A DNA stretch of 64,000 nt from assembly GCA_965246715.1 (NCBI GenBank), contig CBDFFH010000005.1, forward strand, positions 128,001 to 192,000, given 5' to 3'. Source of the stretch: Chamaesiphon sp. (GTDB lineage Bacteria > Cyanobacteriota > Cyanobacteriia > Cyanobacteriales > Chamaesiphonaceae). Position 1 is the stretch's first letter. Each line of letters starts with the position of its first letter. Position numbers and translations under genes: made by a program. Positions 1-9,749 of this stretch are shown here, piece by piece. Below the pieces are notes generated by a model. The model was not told the DNA's origin, did no database searches, and saw nothing but the letters and a program-made list of their open reading frames with translations.

Positions 1-515
1 GGATCGATCCTCCCTTAACCATCTGAATCCAGTAAATGCCTCGTGGCAATTTATTTCTGAGCTGAGCAGAATGCCAACGAGTAAATTCTGCTTTAAGTTT
101 TTGTACCGATCTCTCTGACAAAAACTTAAATTTGTCACAATCCTGTAGCTTTGCAGGCATATGAGATAATCTATGTGTATTTTTGGTGCGACCGACCAGC
201 CTCTAAATAGATACTGGTCAGTCTTTTTGACTGGTTGGGTGTACCGCTGGTAAAGCAGTTACAGCAGTATAGAACAATCACCTATAAACATCACTATCTA
301 TAGGACGACATTTTTACAACATTGCGTAACTCTACTTTGCTACAAACTCTAAATGTAAAGAATTGACAATTGAGAAATTTTGTAATTGTAAATATCTGTA
401 TTTTAGATATCCACTAAATAATCAAAACATCTAAAACTGTGCTGTTCACATGATATTTGTCCAAAGCGTGGAAGATGGATTTGAATAGCCAAACTTATGA
501 CATAATTTTGTAACA

Positions 516-1646
516 CTATTCATATAAAGAGCCTGTAATTTTAATGTTTTTCGATTTAAGGTAGGCTTGCCAAGCTCGGTAGCTATTTTTGCATTCTTGT
601 TCTTCACAGTGCCATGCCACCTTTCCGTTTCTAGCTTTCTCAAACCATCTCAACCTGTAGCAAAATTCACAAAGACACAACATCTTGCGTTTCAGATTTT
701 TGATTTCAGATTTGCGCTCATTACTCCTTCTAACTCGATCGTTCCAATCGATTTGTAACTTAATGAATTCAGGACATTCTCGTGCAAGTAGCTTATATAT
801 ATTTGCCGTGTATGATTTTGCTCTGTAATAATCAGTGAACAGCACCATTTTTCTTTTATAAGAGTCTTTAATGCACTCGTGGTATTCTTGTTGCTTTTTA
901 TTGAATGTCATTCTTATATTTGTTATCTCTCTTCGATCTCCATCCTTCATTTGCTGATAAAATTCTTGTAAAAAATTGTTAAATATTCGATCTTTATCTA
1001 CATTTGGTAAGTGCGTGATGCGAAAAGGCACTACGTCATCAAGATAGTTAAGCACCAATTGATGGTATCGAAAGCGTGTATAACTTATCTGGCTTAAATC
1101 TTCTCCATCTCCAAAAAAATATTCAAAAGCATAATTCATCGCATCAGACAAAGATAAATTTTCGAGGAGTTTACGATTTGCAATTTCTTTTTTGTCTAAA
1201 AATTCCTTGATGACTCGATTGATTCGTGATGGTATTGTATCTTCATTGCGAATATTCTCGATCGCCCAGTCACTCATTGTCTTAAAGAGTGAATGAGAAT
1301 TAGGATCGAATGGTTGTTGAATTCTATAATTTTCAAGAGAAAGTCTTACAACTAGTTTGTTATCACCAGATTCATTCACAAGCTTGTTAACAATATCTAG
1401 AAGCCAATTACCTTTCTTGTAATTAGCATGTTCGATGATTTTTCTAGCTGATTGTTCCTGAGTTTTTGTAGCACCATACTGCCTTAAAATATTAGTAATA
1501 AGAATTAGATCTGGTACTGGCATAATGATTAGCTCTCGCAGCATTTTCTCGTTAGGAATAGTGTAAGTTTCGTCGTCAAGTCTGATTTTGATACTTTTCC
1601 ATTCTGATAATGGAATAATCGATATAGATGGATTTCCGTAATTCAT
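516..1646 (-). CDS. Hypothetical protein, island cargo, with C-terminal Cys cluster (possible Zn finger)
   Basis: 376-aa AT-rich ORF directly downstream of the integrase; C-terminal CLCEFC...WHCEEQEC. Confidence 0.7.
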   Translation of the reverse strand: MNYGNPSISIIPLSEWKSIKIRLDDETYTIPNEKMLRELIIMPVPDLILITNILRQYGATKTQEQSARKIIEHANYKKGNWLLDIVNKLVNESGDNKLVVRLSLENYRIQQPFDPNSHSLFKTMSDWAIENIRNEDTIPSRINRVIKEFLDKKEIANRKLLENLSLSDAMNYAFEYFFGDGEDLSQISYTRFRYHQLVLNYLDDVVPFRITHLPNVDKDRIFNNFLQEFYQQMKDGDRREITNIRMTFNKKQQEYHECIKDSYKRKMVLFTDYYRAKSYTANIYKLLARECPEFIKLQIDWNDRVRRSNERKSEIKNLKRKMLCLCEFCYRLRWFEKARNGKVAWHCEEQECKNSYRAWQAYLKSKNIKITGSLYE

Positions 1647-1708
1647 AATGTAAATAGTTATTGAAATTGTTTCCAGCTACTTTGTTGTGTAAGTAGCTGG
1701 ATATTTTT

Positions 1709-2863
1709 CTATTTTCCGCCAAAATCTACAAATGGACACTCTCGATCGATCGAGTGCAAATATGTATCTATCAAGACGCGCTTGCTATGCCCTGTCTGCT
1801 CGGCTAAAGCTGTAAGATCGGCTCCATTTTTCGCTGCGTGAGATATTACGCTGTGCCGAATGTTGTATGGTCGCGTGTACTCTATGTTGCAACTAGCTAA
1901 AATCTTTTTCCATTGCCTCTCCCTGAATCGATGATCGTTCATGGATTTCCCTTTTGGAGCGGGAAATACTAGGTCGTCCGGTTTTGGCTTAACTCGTTCG
2001 TATCGTTCGGCCAGCATCGATTTTACTGTAGCTGATAGCTTAATTGTGCGAGATTTCCCCGTCTTGGTACCCTTCTTGTTCACATGTCCCCTGCTGATTG
2101 ATTGCCCAATCCAAGCGGTCGAAAAACTCGTGTCCAAATGCTTCCATCGTAAAGCTGCAACTTCTCCGAATCGACAAGCAGAATGAGAGATAAAAATTAC
2201 GAATTCGGTATAACGGTAGTACGTAGGGTGAGCTTTGAAAGCGGCAATAATTGCCTGGAATTCGGCGATGGTTAGGGGGGCATCATGTTCTGGGGGCTGG
2301 ACTGTCATTCGAGCGATGAGACCGCTCCAGGGGTTGAAATCTGCCAGGTGATATTTGTCCTTAGCCCAATCCCACGCCGCTCTCAAGTCAAATAAATATC
2401 CTTTAATCGTCCGATCCGATACCTTTCGATTCGATGCCGACTTAGGCCATCGTACTATTACGTCTTTCGCCACCGATTCCGTTACTTTGGCGGCAGGCTT
2501 GTTCCCTAGAACTTGCCCTAGCTTGGATGCGATACCCTTGAGTCTCACTCTTGAACTGTGGGATAGATCTCGATCGAGAAGGCGATCTTCTGCATATGCC
2601 TTAAATAGGTCTACAGCAGTGATTTTACTGATTTCAACCTTGGGCTTTCTGCCACGCTTGTTAGGGTTCTGGTATTTTTCCTTCGTTTTGTCAAAATTTC
2701 CGCACTCTATGTCACGCTCGATCGTGCCAGCAACGATCTTGGCATAAGCGTTACCTGTAACATTATCCTTGACACCCAGCGGTAGCTGGTATCTCTGGCC
2801 TTCAAACAACCACCGCAATCTCAGGGTGGTACCTTTCTTGTCAGTCCAAACTTTCGTACTCAT
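1709..2863 (-). CDS. Tyrosine recombinase/integrase with N-terminal arm-binding domain (DUF3596-like)
   Basis: N-terminal LRLRW..GQRYQLPLG; catalytic-type motifs CRFGE, TKTG, PYNIRH, QTGHS, DTYLH; adjacent to a tRNA 3' end. Confidence 0.92.
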   Translation of the reverse strand: MSTKVWTDKKGTTLRLRWLFEGQRYQLPLGVKDNVTGNAYAKIVAGTIERDIECGNFDKTKEKYQNPNKRGRKPKVEISKITAVDLFKAYAEDRLLDRDLSHSSRVRLKGIASKLGQVLGNKPAAKVTESVAKDVIVRWPKSASNRKVSDRTIKGYLFDLRAAWDWAKDKYHLADFNPWSGLIARMTVQPPEHDAPLTIAEFQAIIAAFKAHPTYYRYTEFVIFISHSACRFGEVAALRWKHLDTSFSTAWIGQSISRGHVNKKGTKTGKSRTIKLSATVKSMLAERYERVKPKPDDLVFPAPKGKSMNDHRFRERQWKKILASCNIEYTRPYNIRHSVISHAAKNGADLTALAEQTGHSKRVLIDTYLHSIDRECPFVDFGGK

Positions 2864-2864
2864 T

Positions 2865-2888
2865 TTGGGGGGTCTATTGGGGGGTCTA
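2865..2888. repeat. Tandem 12-bp direct repeat TTGGGGGGTCTA x2, candidate integrase arm-type sites
   Basis: Perfect repeat between the tRNA 3' end and the integrase start. Confidence 0.6.
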
Positions 2889-3005
2889 CATAACCGCCAA
2901 ACCAGCCAAAACAGCCTATATATTGCTACCCGTAGACAGCAGAATTCGGCTCTTAGGACATGATTTGTTTCCTAAAAGCCTTACCAGCAGTATATTACCA
3001 ACCTA

Positions 3006-3079
3006 TGGACGTACGCCGACTCGAACGGCGGACCTCATCGATGTCAACGATGCGCTCTAACCAACTGAGCTATACGTCC
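3006..3079 (-). tRNA. trnV: tRNA-Val(GAC)
   Basis: Reverse complement GGACGTATAGCTCAGTTGGTTAGAGCG CATCG-TTGACAT-CGATG AGGTCCGCCGTTCGAGTCGGCG TACGTCCA folds as a cloverleaf with anticodon GAC. Confidence 0.97.
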
Positions 3080-3272
3080 TTGCGATTCATTAATATAGCA
3101 TGGATATTAAACTGATGTCAATACCCCTAAATCTATCGCGCATTTATACGTATTCCGATCGGATTTTGGCGATGCTGGATTATCCAGAGGTATAATCTGT
3201 GGATTAGCTTGAAATTGTCTGTGGATAAAGATTTCAATCTAACGAGCGAGTGGTTAACATCTTTGATAATCA

Positions 3273-3956
3273 ATGAATTCAGATAATCCTACCAAAAAAA
3301 TATCATTAAATTTAGTTGCAATTTGTATATTTGGGATGACTTTGTCTAGTTTATTCGCTCCTTTATTTCAAGTTTCCTCGACGATACCGATCGGAATTAT
3401 TTTTGCGATCGTGGTTGGATCTACTTTAGATAGTTTTTTCTTTAAAAGTACGGCAGCTACTTTAATTTTGGACACGATCGCTGGCACATCAGTGGCATAT
3501 CGTCAGCGAATCTTACAGCATGAGGCCGGACATTTTTTAGTAGCTTATTTATTAGATATTCCGATTACTGGATATACAATTAGCGCGTGGGAATCCATTC
3601 GCAAAGGACAAGCGGCGCAGGGTGGTGTAACGTTTGCACCGCCACCACCAGAAATTTCCGCCCAATTATTGCAAAAATATTGTGCTGTCTGGATGGCGGG
3701 AATCGCTGCCGAAAAATCACTCTACGATCGCGCTGAAGGTGGCGGTGAAGATCGACAAAAACTGCGTGGTGTCTTATTTATTGCTGGTAAACAGCAACAA
3801 GAGATCGTCAAGCAGGAAAATCTAGCCACACTACAAGCAAAAACACTGATCCAAAATCATTGGGAAGCTTATCAAGCATTGGTTGCTGCGATGGGTTCGA
3901 GCAAGTCTGTTGCCGATTGCTGTGATGAAATCGATAAGCTTAGAGCGAATTCATAA
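3273..3956 (+). CDS. Membrane-anchored M41-like Zn metalloprotease (cyanobacterial FtsH-protease-like domain)
   Basis: Two N-terminal TM segments; HEAGHFLVAY and MAGIAAE motifs. Confidence 0.85.
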   Translation: MNSDNPTKKISLNLVAICIFGMTLSSLFAPLFQVSSTIPIGIIFAIVVGSTLDSFFFKSTAATLILDTIAGTSVAYRQRILQHEAGHFLVAYLLDIPITGYTISAWESIRKGQAAQGGVTFAPPPPEISAQLLQKYCAVWMAGIAAEKSLYDRAEGGGEDRQKLRGVLFIAGKQQQEIVKQENLATLQAKTLIQNHWEAYQALVAAMGSSKSVADCCDEIDKLRANS

Positions 3957-3975
3957 TTTATAATTTATTGCCATT

Positions 3976-5553
3976 ATGGCTATTGATTTCGATCCAAAAA
4001 TATCTTACTTAGCATACATACGGCAAAATCGGATAGAAATTGCCCCAGCTGCGTTAGAGCGACTCAAATTAATTTTAGATAATTGTCAGTGGGAGCAACC
4101 TCAAACAGCGCTAGATTGGAATAATTTAGCTGTAGCAGCCTTGGTTGCTGCCGAAAGTTGCGATAATACCCTTACACATGGCCTATATGCCGAAATTGCC
4201 TTTGATGCAGTTCAAGCTGGTGCTGAGTTAAATGCACACCCGCTATGTGCGGCACATTTAGCATTACTAAATTGTATGCTGGGCAATTATTGCGAAGCAG
4301 CCGAAATTGCCTTTAGTGCGTTTATTAATAATCTCCAATCGGCTTATACCGAAGTCGAAATCGCGCCAGGGATTGTTTATATTCCGCCACTAACGCGTAC
4401 TCATGTTACTAATGGGAGAAGCGAACAGCTCCAACGGATTTTAAATACCGAGAATGGTTATAATCAAGCAATTTTAATGCTATCCGAAGTGCTCTGTCGT
4501 ACGCAAATCGTGATGGATAGTTCGACGGGTTTGCGATTGTTACACTTGATGAATCAACTGATGCCGGATCTAATTTCCCCGAATCTTAGACTGGGGATTT
4601 ATAGTATTGGCGATCGCCAGTTAGAAGGTACGATCTATCTACATCGAGCAGCAGTATTGTCACCAGATCATCCAATTATCCTTCAATCTTTATATCTGGT
4701 CTATCGAGATTTAGAACAGTTAGAAATAGCAAATTATTGGCAACAAATCGGGCGCGACTATGCCAGTCAAAGGTTAGAAAAATTGCCGTGGCGGTGGACA
4801 GAATTGGCTTTAGAGAGTCCCTGGACTTATATCCCATACGATCGCGAGATCTTATTAACAGTGCCAGCCACGCTCCAAAGTTCGACAACTCGCTGTTTGT
4901 TAGCTGAGGGCGATTGGTTCGAGCCAGAGTTGGAGTTTTGGCGACAGTATGTCCAGCCAGGGATGATAGTTATCGATGTTGGTGCGGGCGTGGGTGTCTA
5001 TACGTTCAGTGCCGCCAGTCGAGTTGGTGAATCTGGCTGTGTCTATGCGATCGAACCCTTTAATGAGGCGATCGATTGTCTCCGTGAAACTTGTGCTGTC
5101 AATCAGTTCGAGAATGTCAAAGTTTTTCAGAATGCCATCGGCGATCGGCATGGTAAATTTAATTTAGTCTTGCAAGCTCAAAGCGAACTCAATTATTTGG
5201 CGACAGGTGACGAACCACTCGATCCAGATATACAGAGTCAAGCAGTGACCTGCTCGACGCTCGATACTTTTGTCACACAAGTTGGGATCGAACGCGTAGA
5301 AGTAATTAAGATCTCGACGGAAGGTAATGAATTAGCTACCCTGATCGGCTGCGAACAAATTATTACTAAGTTTGCACCGACAATTATTTATAATAGCTAC
5401 ACCAGTAGGGGCACCAACTTAGTTGCGGCTCAATATCTGGTCGATCGCGGTTATGAATTATTTCGCTATCAGCCCTACCTCCAACAATTAGTGCCGCTTG
5501 AGAGTGAGGCTGATTTCGCCGAAACAATTAAAGCAATCGCGATTCCAGGTTAG
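3976..5553 (+). CDS. FkbM family methyltransferase with helical/TPR-like N-terminus
   Basis: VIDVGAGVG, AIEP, TLD, IKISTEGNE motifs. Confidence 0.85.
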   Translation: MAIDFDPKISYLAYIRQNRIEIAPAALERLKLILDNCQWEQPQTALDWNNLAVAALVAAESCDNTLTHGLYAEIAFDAVQAGAELNAHPLCAAHLALLNCMLGNYCEAAEIAFSAFINNLQSAYTEVEIAPGIVYIPPLTRTHVTNGRSEQLQRILNTENGYNQAILMLSEVLCRTQIVMDSSTGLRLLHLMNQLMPDLISPNLRLGIYSIGDRQLEGTIYLHRAAVLSPDHPIILQSLYLVYRDLEQLEIANYWQQIGRDYASQRLEKLPWRWTELALESPWTYIPYDREILLTVPATLQSSTTRCLLAEGDWFEPELEFWRQYVQPGMIVIDVGAGVGVYTFSAASRVGESGCVYAIEPFNEAIDCLRETCAVNQFENVKVFQNAIGDRHGKFNLVLQAQSELNYLATGDEPLDPDIQSQAVTCSTLDTFVTQVGIERVEVIKISTEGNELATLIGCEQIITKFAPTIIYNSYTSRGTNLVAAQYLVDRGYELFRYQPYLQQLVPLESEADFAETIKAIAIPG

Positions 5554-5864
5554 CAGTGCAGCATGAGTGCGACTGGAAAATTGGGCGTTACTGAATGAGG
5601 CGATGACAGGGGGAAGAGGTATAAATCAGCTCTCAAATATGCAATGCTGAAACTTGCTGTTTCTATTTGCACAGAGATCGAACTGAGAATTTTTTCGAGC
5701 GGCGATCCCCGATCCCTTCAATAATTTAAACGCTAGCGATCGATTTGACAGGTTATTCGGATAAGATTAAGGGTGCTATTCACGTACCCCGATCGTTGCA
5801 TCAAGCAGCAATAGATTAGGGTTCGAGAGCCAGATTATCATAATTCAAGTAAAAAGGAACGTAT

Positions 5865-6104
5865 ATGAGCGCGGATGTATTAGATAAAGTCAAAGCAGTA
5901 ATTTCGGATAAATTGGAAGTAGAACCCAGCAAAATTACTCCCGAAGCCAACTTCACCGACGATCTCGGAGCTGACTCCCTCGATGTCGTCGAACTCGTCA
6001 TGGCACTTGAAGAAGAATTTGATATCGAGATCCCGGATGAGGAAGCCGAAAAGCTTCAAACCGTTCAATCTGTAATCGATTATATCAACGCCAAACAGGG
6101 ATAG
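5865..6104 (+). CDS. acpP: Acyl carrier protein
   Basis: [20 protein letters not shown]. Confidence 0.98.
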   Translation: MSADVLDKVKAVISDKLEVEPSKITPEANFTDDLGADSLDVVELVMALEEEFDIEIPDEEAEKLQTVQSVIDYINAKQG

Positions 6105-6114
6105 AAAAGTGGTG

Positions 6115-6167
<53 letters not shown>

Positions 6168-6279
6168 CATTAATTTAGGATCTGTAGGGGATCGAGCGGG
6201 TGACCCGATCGGTATAGGTTTATGCAAGTGTCCCTTGAAACTTCCCCACGATCTCTGGACAAAACACTTCGGCTGCGTA

Positions 6280-6303
6280 TCGCCAAAGGCGAGGCTTCGC
6301 CAA
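6280..6303 (+). repeat. Double-hairpin micro-element (TCGCC-AAA-GGCGA GGC-TTC-GCC AA) inside a larger REP-like palindrome
   Basis: Same GGCTNCGCCAA tail as the other copies; flanks are not a canonical CGAT^CG. Confidence 0.6.
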
Positions 6304-6382
6304 CAGTGTAAACCTACCCTCCCGATTAGAGTAGGTCTTTATCTCCATTCACTCATTTTCTCCGAATCTCTCTATATTCATC

Positions 6383-7654
6383 ATGGCAAATTCCGATCCG
6401 CAAGGACAGCGAAGCGATCGCAAACGTGTTGTTATTACTGGTTTAGGTGCAATTACGCCTATTGGAAACACCTTAGCTGAATATTGGGACGGCTTGGTGA
6501 GCGGCCGGAATGGGATCGGTTCGATTACCCACTTCGATGCAGCCAAACACGATTGTCGGATTGCTGGGGAGATTAAAAATTTCGACCCGCTGGCGTACTT
6601 GGACAAAAAAGAAGCCAAACGGATGGATCGTTTCGCGCAACTAGCGGTCTGCGCTAGCAAACAAGCGATCGCTGATTCCGGTTTGACGATCGATGCTACT
6701 AATGCAGAATATATCGGTGTGACGATCGGTACGGGCATCGGTGGGTTAAAAATTCTCGAAGAACAACAAGAAATTTATCTGACCAAAGGGCCGAGTCGTT
6801 GCAGTCCGTTCATGATTCCGATGATGATCGCGAATATGGCCGCCGGACTAGTTGCGATCCAACTCGGTGCCAAAGGCCCTAACTGTTGTACCGTCACCGC
6901 CTGTGCTGCGGGTGCAAATGCGATCGGTGAGGCGTTTCGTCTGATTCAAGGCGGCTACGCACGGGCGATGATTTGCGGGGGGACTGAAGCGGCAATCACA
7001 CCCTTGGGAATTGCTGGCTTTGCCGCTTGCAAAGCCGTATCTACCCGCAATGACGATCCGACCCATGCCTGTCGTCCCTTCGATATCGGGCGCGATGGGT
7101 TTGTGATGGGTGAAGGTTCGGGGATTTTGATCCTGGAAGAATTAGAACACGCCCAAAGTCGGGGGGCGAAAATCTACGCGGAGATCGTCGGCTATGCGAT
7201 GACCTGCGATGCCTATCACATGACCGGACAGACCCCTGGTGGTGTCGATGCGGCTCGCGCGATGTCGCTGTGTCTCAAAGATGCTGGGTTGGCACCTGAA
7301 GATGTTAGCTATATCAACGCACATGGTACCAGTACCCCAATTAACGATCCGACCGAAACCGCCGCGATTAAAAAAGCGCTCGGCGACCATGCCTACAAAA
7401 TTGCTGTCAGTTCGACCAAATCCATGACCGGACATCTGCTCGGTGGTGCGGGTGGGATTGAAGGGGTTGCTTCGGCATTAGCCATCCATCACGATCTGCT
7501 CCCGCCAACGATTAACATCGAGACCCTAGATCCTGACTGCGATCTGGATTACGTGCCCCATGTCAGTCGCTCTTCGATCGTCAATGTGGCGCTGTCCAAC
7601 TCGTTTGGCTTTGGCGGTCATAATGTGACACTGGCGTTTAAGAAGTATGTCTAG
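6383..7654 (+). CDS. fabF: 3-oxoacyl-ACP synthase II
   Basis: TACAAG, INAHGTST, KSMTGHLLG, NSFGFGGHN; follows acpP. Confidence 0.97.
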   Translation: MANSDPQGQRSDRKRVVITGLGAITPIGNTLAEYWDGLVSGRNGIGSITHFDAAKHDCRIAGEIKNFDPLAYLDKKEAKRMDRFAQLAVCASKQAIADSGLTIDATNAEYIGVTIGTGIGGLKILEEQQEIYLTKGPSRCSPFMIPMMIANMAAGLVAIQLGAKGPNCCTVTACAAGANAIGEAFRLIQGGYARAMICGGTEAAITPLGIAGFAACKAVSTRNDDPTHACRPFDIGRDGFVMGEGSGILILEELEHAQSRGAKIYAEIVGYAMTCDAYHMTGQTPGGVDAARAMSLCLKDAGLAPEDVSYINAHGTSTPINDPTETAAIKKALGDHAYKIAVSSTKSMTGHLLGGAGGIEGVASALAIHHDLLPPTINIETLDPDCDLDYVPHVSRSSIVNVALSNSFGFGGHNVTLAFKKYV

Positions 7655-7704
7655 GGATTAGGGGATAGGGGATAGGGGATAGTAAAAATAGTTGATGGAA
7701 TTTA

Positions 7705-7838
7705 GGCGTTGCTGAATCGGGTGATGATTTTTTGGTAGGGGTGCCCCTTGTGGGTACCCTGAATCGATGTGGGGTAAGCACGAGGCATTACCCCTACAAA
7801 AATTATTTGTGCGTTTCATACCTTAATTCAGCAATGCC
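7705..7838. mobile_element. 134-bp MITE with TIRs GGCGTTGCTGAAT/ATTCAGCAATGCC and 8-bp TSD GGAATTTA, carrying a GTAG-REP pair
   Basis: TSD at 7697-7704 and 7839-7846; internal REP pair 7735-7798; degenerate relatives at 5584-5648 and 57037-57104. Confidence 0.85.
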
Positions 7839-8069
7839 GGAATTTATTCTGCGACCCAGATCGGCAACTACATTAGATCTCCAGTACGACCGATCGATCT
7901 CTTTGCTCTGAGCTAAGACTTGAGATCCAAACTCAGCAGCTAAAGCCTAACCCCTATCCCCTAGTTAAGGAATGTAATTTTTTCCCTCTAGAGCCAAAAC
8001 TGGGGTGCAGATGAAGATTATGATGAGGGGAAAATTGTAAGATTTCGTGAGTAAAAGCAGTTATAACAT

Positions 8070-8816
8070 ATGCCTATTCCATTATTAGAATATAAACCTT
8101 CATCTCAAAACTCCCGCGTCAGTGGTTATGAGATAGCTGGAGACGAGCAAGCGCGAGTATATTCGACCGATAACCTGCTATCTTCAGGTGAAATCGGTAA
8201 TCTGATCGAAGCCGCGTATCGCCAGATTTTCTTCCACGCATTCGCTGCCGATCGGGAAAAATTCTTGGAATCTCAACTTCGCAACGGCCAAATTACCGTG
8301 CGCGACTTTATCCGAGGCTTGTGCTTATCCAATACCTTTACCAATAGTTTCTACAATCTCAATAGCAACTATCGGTTTGTCACGCATTGCATCCAGAAGA
8401 TTCTCGGTCGCGATGTCTACAACGAAGCGGAAAAAATTGCTTGGTCGATCGTTATTGCTACTAAAGGTCGTGCTGGTTTCATTAGTGCGCTCCTCGATAG
8501 CGATGAGTACTTAGAAAACTTTGGCGATAACATCGTACCCTACCAACGGCGGCGGGTATTACCTTCCGGTGCGAGCGAACTCCCCTTTAACATTCAATCG
8601 CCCCGCTACGATGAATACTATCGTCGCCAACTCGGCTTTCCCAAACTTTCTTGGCAAGCCACCAAGCGCAGTGCGACTCCCGCACCGCAAAAACCCAAAG
8701 CAGGCGACCCATCTTTATATGTGGATATGGTCAGAAATCTCGGCGCACTGGGCAATCCACCCCAGTCGATTTCAGCGTTAAATCTAGATTACCAAAATCT
8801 AGTACCCCGTCGTTAA
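8070..8816 (+). CDS. cpcG: Phycobilisome rod-core linker polypeptide
   Basis: [50 protein letters not shown]. Confidence 0.95.
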   Translation: MPIPLLEYKPSSQNSRVSGYEIAGDEQARVYSTDNLLSSGEIGNLIEAAYRQIFFHAFAADREKFLESQLRNGQITVRDFIRGLCLSNTFTNSFYNLNSNYRFVTHCIQKILGRDVYNEAEKIAWSIVIATKGRAGFISALLDSDEYLENFGDNIVPYQRRRVLPSGASELPFNIQSPRYDEYYRRQLGFPKLSWQATKRSATPAPQKPKAGDPSLYVDMVRNLGALGNPPQSISALNLDYQNLVPRR

Positions 8817-8847
8817 AAGAGCGAGATCGTCGATCGCACTAGATCGC

Positions 8848-8879
8848 TAGTTGACTGGGGTGAGTAACCCAGTCAACTA
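8848..8879 (+). terminator. Hairpin terminator after cpcG
   Basis: 12-bp perfect stem TAGTTGACTGGG/CCCAGTCAACTA. Confidence 0.7.
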
Positions 8880-9061
8880 ATGCTAAGTTTGACGAAATTT
8901 TATAATGATATTTGAATCGATCTCGTGTAACTGTGCAACCATTTAAATATGGGAGCTTTGGAATAACATACATCGACTATTTCAATTAAAATTAATAATT
9001 GCTAAAAAATTGCTAACGATCGGTTTCCAAAAAGAGCGGTATCGATAGAGGTAGTAGTATC

Positions 9062-9439
9062 GTGAGTAAGCGGATCTTAGTAATTGATAACGAACCATCG
9101 ATTCAAGAAGTCGCTCAAATTTGCTTAGAAACTATTGCTGGGTGGCAAGTAATTGTTGCGGGTTCTGGATTAGAGGGATTGGCAGTCGCCGAAATCGAAC
9201 AGCCAGATGCGATTTTATTAGATGTGATGATGCCAGAGATGGACGGACTGACCACTTTTAGTAAGCTCCAAGCCAACCCTGCGACTCGACCGATTCCAGT
9301 GATTTTACTCACAGCCAAATTTCAAACAACCGATCGCCAAAATTATATCGATCTGGGTATTAGATCGGCGATCGCGAAACCATTTAGTCCGCTAGAATTA
9401 GCTCAACAAATCGCGACAATCTTGGGCTGGAACCTGTAA
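9062..9439 (+). CDS. Single-domain response regulator (RcaF-like)
   Basis: ILVIDNE, LLDVMMP, LTAK, KPF. Confidence 0.92.
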   Translation: MSKRILVIDNEPSIQEVAQICLETIAGWQVIVAGSGLEGLAVAEIEQPDAILLDVMMPEMDGLTTFSKLQANPATRPIPVILLTAKFQTTDRQNYIDLGIRSAIAKPFSPLELAQQIATILGWNL

Positions 9440-9587
9440 TATTTCTAATACCAATCGGGTCGTACTGACAGCGCGGGGTGATGTAGGCGAAGTAAAATTT
9501 ACCCCCTAAATTTAACCATATCTTCCTAATTTTGTTAGGAATAATATGTAACTATGTAGAGGAGAGTGGATGATTCGGTCTGCCGAT

Positions 9588-9609
9588 GCTCCAGGGGAGG
9601 CTCCGCCAA
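9588..9609 (+). repeat. 22-nt double-hairpin insertion at CGAT^CG
   Basis: CCGAT[GCTCCAGGGGAGGCTCCGCCAA]CGC. Confidence 0.75.
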
Positions 9610-9749
9610 CGCCCACAAGCAGCCTCGAGGCTTTCATCCAGCGGCTGACCCAATTGGCTGGATCGTTAACAAATCGTCCGCACGAGCAGTTTTGTCGTAT
9701 GTATTTGAATTCCTATAGCCAAACTCGCAACTGGAGATAGGGGAAAATT

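Larger units (their letters stand above)
1..3005. mobile_element. Right part of an integrative element/genomic island inserted at tRNA-Val; extends beyond the window start
   Basis: Integrase abuts the tRNA 3' end and cargo is AT-rich; second att copy not seen in the window. Confidence 0.6.

Noticed and set aside
5667..5673. TTGCACA as an RcaC L-box
   Set aside because: A half-site only, upstream of acpP rather than a phycobiliprotein gene.
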